Position numbers and translations under genes: made by a program. A DNA stretch of 64,000 bases from an uncultured Planctomycetota bacterium (GTDB lineage Bacteria; Planctomycetota; Planctomycetia; Isosphaerales; Isosphaeraceae): the NCBI GenBank assembly GCA_963845755.1, contig CAWJTV010000020.1, positions 448,001-512,000 on the forward strand. The letters are read 5' to 3'. A model generated the notes under the pieces. The model did not search any database. It saw only the letters and a program-made list of their open reading frames with translations, and was not told the origin of the DNA. Of the stretch, positions 56,124-64,000 are shown piece after piece; positions within the stretch are counted from its first letter, which is position 1; each line of letters opens with the position of its first letter.

Positions 56124-57180
56124 AGCGTGCCTGGTCCATCTTCTGGAAGAAATTGGTCGCGTCGCTCGGATTGCCTACCGGCGGGGTTTTGCTATCGATC
56201 TTGGCCTCGGCCAGGATTTCATCGCGCGTCCGATCGAGGATCGTGAAAAGGCGTTGGAACGCTTGACGCTCCTTCGGCGTGGAAGCCGCCCCGAACCGGA
56301 GATTGTAAGCGTTCATGAAGCCGAGCAGGTTGCCGATCATGGTATCCTGAACCTTCTTGAGTTCCAGGATCGCCGGTTGGATGGTCGGCTTCTCCAGCAG
56401 GCTGAGCAACGACGTGGAAGCCGTGATGAATCTCAGGGCCTCCTTCTGATCGAGGGGATCCTTGAGCGGCTGGGCTTCGACCTTGGCGTGGAGATCCTTC
56501 ACGAAGCCCTTGGCCGCCCGAAGAGTCCTGGCCGAGAGCTCACCTTCGTTCGCCTGTTCCCGCAATCGAGCGACATGGTCATCGAACGTCTTCTGATCCT
56601 CGGCGAATCGTGGGTCCTCGAAGACCTCGGGCCACTTGATCGAGGTGCGCAATCCATCGAGCATGAGTGTGACACGTTCCGCCGCATTGACGAACGGGAC
56701 GTCGGCGATCAATGTCGCCGGGACCGGGGCTGTGGCCGCCAGCATCGCCGACCTGCCCAGCCTCGGATCGCTCAGATCGGCAACCGCGGCGTTCAAGGCA
56801 TCGCCGGTCTCGATGTCGCGTAGGGTCGGGCTCTCCCGGAGTTGTTTCTGACGCGCATCGTAGAGGGCTCGGTTCCTGGCGATTCGCCGGTTCACACGCT
56901 CGGCGTACATCCTTGCCGATTCACGCGTGACCTGGGCCACGTAGTCGTTGAACTTTATGGCCGTGGCGGCGTCGATGCTATTGGCCTGGGCCGTCTTGAG
57001 ATTGAAGATTCCTGCACCCATCGCGTAAAAACCGGCACCTTGCAGCGCGGCGCTCTCGGGGCTCGCGGCACCCCAACCCATCCATCCCCAGCCGTCAAAA
57101 CCCCACTGGGCGCGGGCATCGCGGCCGAACAACGAGAAAGCCAGCACCAAGCCGACTGACAATCGCATGCAACGGAGCAT
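56122..57180 (-). CDS. Secreted hypothetical protein
   Basis: Signal peptide ending DARA|QWGFDGWGWMGWG; long helical body. Confidence 0.75.
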   Translation of the reverse strand: MLRCMRLSVGLVLAFSLFGRDARAQWGFDGWGWMGWGAASPESAALQGAGFYAMGAGIFNLKTAQANSIDAATAIKFNDYVAQVTRESARMYAERVNRRIARNRALYDARQKQLRESPTLRDIETGDALNAAVADLSDPRLGRSAMLAATAPVPATLIADVPFVNAAERVTLMLDGLRTSIKWPEVFEDPRFAEDQKTFDDHVARLREQANEGELSARTLRAAKGFVKDLHAKVEAQPLKDPLDQKEALRFITASTSLLSLLEKPTIQPAILELKKVQDTMIGNLLGFMNAYNLRFGAASTPKERQAFQRLFTILDRTRDEILAEAKIDSKTPPVGNPSDATNFFQKMDQAR

Positions 57181-57580
57181 CGTGAACCTCCCGGGGCGAG
57201 CGTGAGCCCCAGCCGTCAACAGTAAGTCAACCCTGGGAAACGGAAGACAACCTTGGTCCGAATACGGGTGATGATGGTTGAAGGCTCGTCCTCACCATGT
57301 GCCCCCGCTGCCACGGAGTCGTTTGTATCGGGCTCAAGAGGGGAGGATGCAGACCATCCCGAGACCCTCACCTCGACCCGATCACACGTCTCCGGCACCA
57401 AGGGAGAAACCGGTTGACCGACCCTGGCAATTCGCGATGACCGATCATACGCGGCGCATGAGCGCAAGGTAAGGGTGGAGCGGCGAGATCATCGAATCTG
57501 AATCTGACTGGTTGGCTCAAAGACTGCTTCCACGCCGTATTGCACGAGGTGACGCCCGGTCGGACGTCACGCCCGCCCGC

Positions 57581-58741
57581 TCACTGGGGCTGATTTATGG
57601 CCATGAGCAAGCCGCGCACGCGGCTCTCGAAGGTCTTGTCGGTGGCGAGCACGCGCTCGAAGTCCGCCTGGTTGATGACGTAGACCTCCACCTCGGTCTT
57701 GGCTTGCACCGTCGTCTGGATGGGGCGGCCGAAGAAGGAGGAGATCGTGCCGAATCCCTCGCCGAAATAGAGCTCTTCCTGATATTCACCACCCTTGTAG
57801 GCGAGCGCGACGCCCGAGCCGATCAGGTAGTACCGATCACCGAGTTCGCCCTCGCGGACGATGGTTTCGCCGGGATGACGGTATTCGACGGTCATCACGC
57901 TGGCGATCTTCGTCAAGCTGGCCTCGCTGAGTCCCTTGAGGAGCTCGCTCTGGCCCAGGGCGCGGGCGATGCGGACGGCCATCCGGGTCAGCGAATTGGT
58001 GATGATCCGGCCGCCCATCATGTTGACGACCCGGTCCGCGTGATCGATCACGCGCTGATCGTGCGTGACGATGAGCACCGTGGTCCGTTCGGGGCCATCG
58101 GCGAGCTTCCGGAGCAGCGCCAGCACGGTCTGGCCGGATTCCGCGTCGAGGGCGGCGGTCGGCTCGTCGGCCAGGACCAGCGCGGGGCGATTGACCAGGG
58201 CACGGGCGATCGCCACCCGCTGTCGCTGGCCGCCCGAGAGCTGGGCCGGCACGTGGTTCAGCCGTTCGCCCAGTCCGAGCTGCTCCAGGAGTCGCGCGCT
58301 CCGTTCGTTCATCTCTTGGACGTTCGATGGCCGCAGCGCGGTCGCCATCCGGACGTTTTCCTGGGCCGTCAACGAGCTGAAGAGGTTATGACTCTGGAAG
58401 ATGAATCCGATGTCCTTGCGCAGCTCGACCGCACCGCTCCCGTTCAGGGCCGAGACATCCCGATCCAGGACGATCAGCCGACCTTGCTGAACCCGCCTGA
58501 GGGCACCGATCAGGGTGAGGAGGGTCGTCTTCCCCGATCCGGAAGGACCGGTCATGATCACCACCTCGCCGCGACCGATCTCGATTTCGTTATCGAAGAG
58601 CACCTGGGTCCGCGTTTCCCCCTCCCCGAACCAGTAGCTCACCCCCAAGGCGCGGATCGCGAGTTCCTTGGCCATCGGCCGAGCGACGGCAATCGTCGCG
58701 CGCGAGGGAGATTCCTGGTCGAGAACGGATGCCGTGCTCAT
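57581..58741 (-). CDS. DevA/LolD-type ABC ATPase fused to a C-terminal cyclic-nucleotide-binding domain
   Basis: [34 protein letters not shown]; then [17 protein letters not shown]...GEGFG...[14 protein letters not shown]...F. Confidence 0.9.
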   Translation of the reverse strand: MSTASVLDQESPSRATIAVARPMAKELAIRALGVSYWFGEGETRTQVLFDNEIEIGRGEVVIMTGPSGSGKTTLLTLIGALRRVQQGRLIVLDRDVSALNGSGAVELRKDIGFIFQSHNLFSSLTAQENVRMATALRPSNVQEMNERSARLLEQLGLGERLNHVPAQLSGGQRQRVAIARALVNRPALVLADEPTAALDAESGQTVLALLRKLADGPERTTVLIVTHDQRVIDHADRVVNMMGGRIITNSLTRMAVRIARALGQSELLKGLSEASLTKIASVMTVEYRHPGETIVREGELGDRYYLIGSGVALAYKGGEYQEELYFGEGFGTISSFFGRPIQTTVQAKTEVEVYVINQADFERVLATDKTFESRVRGLLMAINQPQ

Positions 58742-58767
58742 GGTGGATGACTCAATGATTCGTGGAC

Positions 58768-59938
58768 TCAGTGGAAAAGCTGGGCGGGATCAGCCGAGGC
58801 CAGCCGGCGCGCGGCCAGGCAACCGGAGGACACGCACATGACCAGCGTCAGACCCAGGATCCCGGCCGCATCCTCGGTGCGAAGGTCCATCGGCAAGCCG
58901 GTCGCCTGGTGTACGACCCCGAACAACAATACGCTGACGACCAGCCCGGCCAGATAGCCGAGCATCGCCAGGTAAACGGACTGGTTGACGATGATGGAGA
59001 ACAACCGGAGGTCCGAATACCCGATCGCCTTGAGTGTCGCGAACTCAGCCAGGCGCTCGCTGACGTCCGAGAACAGGACCTGATAGCAGATAGCCAGCCC
59101 GACGATGAATCCCATGACGACCCCGATCGAGAAGACCGTCCCGATCGGCGCGACGTGATCCCAGAAGGCTTGTTCCTTGGCGATCAATCCCGCCTTGGTG
59201 AGGACGCGGACATCGGGCGGGAGGCTGGCCGCGATGTCCGCGCGCAATCTCTCGAGGTCGACACCCGGCCGGATGCGCAGCAGCCCGATGGTCACCCGGT
59301 CATCACCTTTCGTCAGACCGCGGAGGTCGGGGAGGATGTCCGCCAGGCTCTCGGAGCTCATGACGAGGGTCCCGTCGCTCTGGAAGTCGGCGCCGAGGTC
59401 GAAGGTCCCGACGATGTGAACGGTCTTTCCCGACAGTTCGGAGACGATCCCCGATCGGAGCGGCCCCAATCGTTCGGTACGCGATAGCGCATCGGCCATG
59501 GCTCGGCCGGGGCGTCCCCAATCGTCGCGCCGATCGATCAGTGCCGGGAGATCGAGCGCATCCTCGCGCAGGCGCGTAGGCGACGACACGGATCGGCCTG
59601 GGCAGGCCGTTCTCCGGGTCCCTCCAGAATGAGCGCCGAGTCTCGATAGCGATCGGCACGGCCGAGACGACCTCCGGGAACGCCTTGGCCTGTTCGATCC
59701 GACGATTGGGGAAACCATAGGGGACCGAGAGCGTGTAGACCGTCCGGCTGACGACGAACAACTGTCCATCGAAGTGCCGGATCAGGCCCACCATGCTCTC
59801 CAGCAAGGCATGACGGAAGCCGTTTTCCATGAACATCAGCGTCACGGCAAACGCCGTCCCGGCCACCGAAGCCAGCAGGCGCAGCTTGTTCTCGGTCAGG
59901 TTGCGCCAGGCAAGCGGTATAGTCGAACGAGGCTGCAT
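58768..59938 (-). CDS. DevC-type ABC exporter permease (frameshift near 59570)
   Basis: PLAWRNL...FAVTLMFME.GF; GVVMGFIVG..ICYQVLFSDV..RLAEFATLKAIGY; RRL..ADPAQLF. Confidence 0.88.
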
Positions 59939-60209
59939 GGGCAGATCGCGATCCGGGCGATGATGCGAGCCGATCCGGATCCTCTCGTTGAGGAAGACCC
60001 GCAAGAATGCCTCTCATTGCGGCGGTGAACGGATCCGGCCCGGCCCGGCTCCTGATGGACGCCTTGGGCTACTCCCTTATAACATTCACCGAGCGGGGAT
60101 CGAAGCCCATCGCCTTGAACGCCTCGGTGCGTGCCGTCGCAGTTCGGTACGAGTCGCTCGGGAGATCCGCCGAGTCGCTCGTGGGGCAAACTCGGGTTGA
60201 GGTGGGATC

Positions 60210-60682
60210 TCATCCGGCTCCCGCCGGTACCGAACCGGCGCCTCGCCGGAGCGAGTCTTCCAGCAGGGTAACCAGGTCGGCGCGGCGAGTCAGGATCTGT
60301 TCGAGGTTGTAGCCGTCGAGGACGGTCAGGAACGCCTGCTGGGCGCGCTGAAGCAATCCCTTGAGCCCACAGGCGGGGGCGATCGGGCAGGTGTTCGTCG
60401 CCAGGTCGAAGCATTCGACGAGGTCGAGGTGCGGCTCGGTCTGGCGGATCAGCCAGCCGACGTTGATCTCCGCGGGTTGCATCGCGAGCCGCATGCCACC
60501 CCCTCGACCACGTTGCGCCCGACGACCCCCAGCTCCGTCAGAGTTTGGACCACCTTCACCAGGTGGTGCCGCGAGATCCCGAACGCCCGGCTGATCTCAT
60601 CGACCGAGATGACCTGATCGGGGTGACAGGCCAGGTAGATGACCAATCGCAAGCTGTAATCAGTGAACTGCGTCAGGTGCAC
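60210..60682 (-). CDS. nsrR: Rrf2-family NO-sensing repressor NsrR (frameshift near 60510)
   Basis: LTQFTDYSLR..IYLA, ISRHHLVKVV, LVECF...NTCPIAPACGL (three Fe-S Cys); divergent from globin and qNOR genes. Confidence 0.88.
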
Positions 60683-60730
60683 GGAAACGCCTCGTAAGAC
60701 GGCGCCGACCGAAATAATCCCGGCGGCCGG

Positions 60731-60775
60731 TTGACAATCTCCCTTACGACAATAATATGGATTTAGAATACAAAT
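60731..60775 (+). promoter_or_regulatory. Sigma70-type promoter overlapped by an NsrR-like operator
   Basis: TTGACA(60731-36)-16 nt-TAATAT(60753-58); ATGGAT-TTAGA-ATACAA resembles the NsrR consensus ATGyAT-N5-ATrCAT. Confidence 0.65.
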
Positions 60776-60864
60776 TCAAGCGGGGCCCAGGCCCGGAGAA
60801 TCGACGGCGATCCCGAACCCTCATTGTCGGGTTCGTACCTTCCTGAAATCATGGGCGAGAAACG

Positions 60865-62226
60865 ATGACCATCGGAGACACTTTCTCGACTGGAGGCGAC
60901 GTCGCCTTCCCGCAAGTACGATGGTTGGGCGCCTTCCTGGTCGTTTGGGCGACGTTCGCGACCGCATCTGCCTCCGGTCAGGACATCGAGCGCGAACCGA
61001 TCCATTATCAGCGCGGCGACGCCTCGGAATGCGATCACGCAGCTCCAGGAACGACTCGCGAGTTCGAAGACCAAGCTGGAATTCGAGTCGGAGCACGGCT
61101 ATCTGAAGTCGCTGCTCCGCGCGCTCGACGTTCCCGAGTCGTCGCAGGTGCTGGTGTTTTCGAAGACGAGCCTTCAACGGGAGCGGATCTCGCCCAAGAC
61201 CCCGCGAGCCATCTACTTCAACGATGAGGTAATGGTCGGCTTCTGCCTTCGGGGCTCGGTGATCGAGATCTCGGCGGCCGACGACGGCCTCGGCACGGCA
61301 TTCTATACGCTCGAACAGGACCGCGAGGAGAAACCGAGCCCGCAACGACAGACCGATTCCTGCCTGCTCTGTCACGGCTCTTCGTCCAACCAGGGGTTTC
61401 CCGGGCATCTCGTCCGTTCGCTGTTCGTGGACTGGCAAGGCAATCCCTTGCTGGCTAACGGGTCGTTTCGTACCGATCACTCCAGCCCGCTCGCCGAGCG
61501 GTGGGGGGGCTGGTACGTGACCGGAACCAGCGGCGGACAGAAGCACATGGGGAACATGATCTGCCGGGGGTCGAAGCGCCCCGAGGAGATCGACAACGCC
61601 GAAGGCGTGAACGTGGTCGACTTGAAAGACCGATTCACGATCTCCTCCTACCTGGCGCCGCACAGCGACATCGTGGCCCTGATGGTGCTGGAGCACCAGG
61701 CCGGCATGCTCAACCGCCTGGCCCGAGCGGGCCTGGAGACGCGGATGGCGCGTGCATTATGAGCGCGAGATCAACAAGGCGCTGGGCCAGCCGCCCGAGG
61801 AGCACTCCGATAGCGCGCGGTCTCGCATCCGCAACGTGTGCGAGGACGTCGTCCAGTACATGCTGTTTCGCGAGGAGACGCGCCTCACCGATCGCATCGA
61901 GGGCACCTCCTCGTTCGCGGCCGACTTCGCGGCGCACGGCCACCGCGACGCGAAAGGGCGGTCCCTCCGCGACCTGGACCTGAAGACCCGCCTGTTCCGA
62001 TACCCCTGCAGCTACCTGATCCATTCGCGCGCCCTTCGATTCCCTTCCGGGCGAGGCGAAGGCGTATATCTATCAACGCCTCTGGGAAATCTTGAGCAGC
62101 CGGGGGAGTTCGAAGGAGTACCCCCATCTGACCGCGGCAGATTGCAAGGCGATCCTGGAGATCCTCCGGGAGACGAAACGCGACCTGCCGGATGACTGGA
62201 AAACTTCGTCGGACGCGTCCCGTTGA
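60865..62226 (+). CDS. Uncharacterised exported protein with one CxxCH heme-c motif (frameshifts near 61035, 61755, 62030)
   Basis: Signal peptide; SQVLVFSKTSLQ...PRAIYFND, SCLLCHGS, RWGGWYVTG, SDIVALMVLEHQ, GRSLRDLDL.TRLFRYPCSY, ILEILRETK. Confidence 0.8.
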
Positions 62227-62256
62227 TCGCGAATCGGCCGGCTAGAGGATTGACAC

Positions 62257-62769
62257 ATGGATACTCGATCAGACTCCGGTGTGAGCGCCGTTGTGCCGGT
62301 AACGCGCCGATATGGCCTGCCCCTCTCGGAGCGGCCCGCCCTCCCGGATGCCGATGCCGAGGGGATCACCGAGGACCTCATCCGCGACGTCGTCCTGGAG
62401 TTCTACCGGCGGGCGCACCGCGATGCTCGGATCGGTCCGGTATTCGAGGCGCACGTGGACGATTGGAACGTCCATCTGGTGCGGATGAACGACTTCTGGT
62501 CGGCAGCCCTTCTCAGGACCGGACGATACTCCGGCAGGCCGGCTGAGCAGCATCGCGCGATTGAGGGCCTTGCCGCCGGACATTTCGACCGCTGGATCGA
62601 GCTGTTCGAAGAAACAGTGCGTGACCTGTGCCCGGCTCCACAGGCGGATGCGTTTCTCGTCCGCGCCAAACGGATGAGGGACGGCTTGATCATGGTGCTG
62701 GGGCTGGATCACAGGCCGTCGAACGCTCGGGCGACCGTCCCGCACGATCGAGGAAATAGCCGGGAATAA
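62257..62769 (+). CDS. Group III truncated hemoglobin (trHbP/Ctb-like)
   Basis: VV.EFY.R...DARIGPVF...DWNVHL.RM.DFWS.ALL.TGRYSGRP..QH...HFDRWIELF. Confidence 0.9.
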   Translation: MDTRSDSGVSAVVPVTRRYGLPLSERPALPDADAEGITEDLIRDVVLEFYRRAHRDARIGPVFEAHVDDWNVHLVRMNDFWSAALLRTGRYSGRPAEQHRAIEGLAAGHFDRWIELFEETVRDLCPAPQADAFLVRAKRMRDGLIMVLGLDHRPSNARATVPHDRGNSRE

Positions 62770-63054
62770 CGTCCCGACCGGGTCGCAAGCCGGGCCCACC
62801 TTGTGACAGCCCCGCAGAACGAAACCCTCCCGACCGGAGTCCTCCGGTCCCGCCCACGGTGCGTCCTGAAGACGCGCGCTGAACGGTCGTAGACGCGAAA
62901 TCGGCAAATGATTGTCAACAAGTTCCCAGGCGGTATTCTCCGGCCCGCCAATCCGTCTGGGACATGTTCGTTCCCAAGGACCCACGAAGGAAAAGGCGCG
63001 GTTCGGAAGTCCTTCGCGCGGATGTTCATACTCTGGATCTGGGAGCCTCTACAG

Positions 63055-64000
63055 ATGCGATACATGCGGCTTTGGCTCGGACTTGGCTTGGTCATTGTCG
63101 GCTCGTTCACGGTGCTGGGTTACTTCGGAGGCGAGCTGTATCGTCAGTCCCCACCGATCCCGGACCAGGTGATAACGGCTAATGGCCGGGTGATTTACAC
63201 GGCACAAGATATCCTGGAAGGGCAGAACGTCTGGCAATCGATGGGCGGACAAGAGGTCGGGACGGTCTGGGGTCATGGGGCCTACGTGGCGCCCGACTGG
63301 TCGGCCGACTACCTCCACCGTGAGGCCACCTGGCTTCTCGACCACTGGTCGGCGGCCGAGCATGGCAAGACATACGAGAATCTGGGCAACGAGCCTCGCG
63401 CCGCCCTGAAGGCCCGGGTCAAGGAGGAGTTGCGCCGTAACACCTATGACCCCGTGACCGGCGACCTGACTGTGTCGCCCTTGCGGTCCGAGGCGATGGC
63501 CGCTGTCGGTGCCCATTACGCGGCGCTCTTCGGCCACGAGCCGAGCCTGGATCGGCTCCGGGACGCCTATGCCCTCCCCGCCGACGCGATCAAGACACCG
63601 GAACGGCAGAATCAACTCAATGCGTTCTTCTTCTGGGCCACATGGGCCTGCTCGACCAACCGGCCGGGCGCACGAGATCACCTACACGAATAACTGGCCC
63701 TCCGAAGACCTGATCGACAACCATCCTAGCGGTCAGGTCGTCGTGTGGTCGGTCGTCAGTTTCGTGCTGCTCCTGGCCGGGATCGGTGCCCTGGCATGGT
63801 ATTTCGCCGTCCAGAAACGCCATGAGGCCGACGACCACGACTTGCCTGCTGAAGACCCTCTGCTGGCGCTTCATGCCACTCCGTCGATGCAGGCCACGTT
63901 GAAGTATTTCTGGGTCGTGACCGCGTTGATCATCGCCCAGGTTGGTCTCGGAGCGGTGACCGCGCATTACGGCGTGGAGGGTTCAGGCTTCTACGGTATC
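63055..64000 (+). CDS. norB: Quinol-dependent nitric oxide reductase (qNOR), 5' part (frameshift near 63675; runs off window)
   Basis: GQNVWQSMGGQEVGTVWGHGAYVAPDWSADYLHRE, FFFW.TW...T.RP, YTNNWP, KYFWVV.AL...QVGLG.VTAHYGVEG. Confidence 0.93.

Noticed and set aside
14353..57180. Two secreted proteins both starting ARA-QWG, suggesting a perfectly mirrored island
   Set aside because: Similarity is limited to the N-terminal motif; no terminal repeats, integrase or transposase support an inverted duplication.

Overview
GC-rich bacterial DNA, most likely from a planctomycete. This is inferred from DUF1501/DUF1800 genes, TIGR02999-type ECF sigma/Ser-Thr kinase pairs, an LEPR-XLL-type leader and BBP2-type porins. 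About 18 scattered frameshifts look like long-read assembly errors. The left end carries a ~0.5-kb highly base-paired non-coding region (GOLLD-like candidate), an odd tRNA-shaped element with a CUA loop and an array of five tRNAs (Ala, Arg, Val, His, Trp). Housekeeping-type genes follow (DUF1501, DUF1800, GspS-like ligase, FHA, fliW-csrA, thiC). The centre (about 17-55 kb) holds two complete, diverged, convergent urea-transporter-ureABC-FGD operons, both lacking ureE. They sit among four porin genes, a Tat-exported beta-carbonic anhydrase, two ECF/kinase modules and a kinase-pseudocyclase-STAND-TPR protein. The right end has a DevC/DevA-type exporter with a cNMP-domain fusion and an NsrR-divergent NO-stress operon (unknown CxxCH protein, group III truncated globin, qNOR). 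Several small MITE-like shells enclose REP-like palindromes, and one is inserted in the first codons of an ECF gene.
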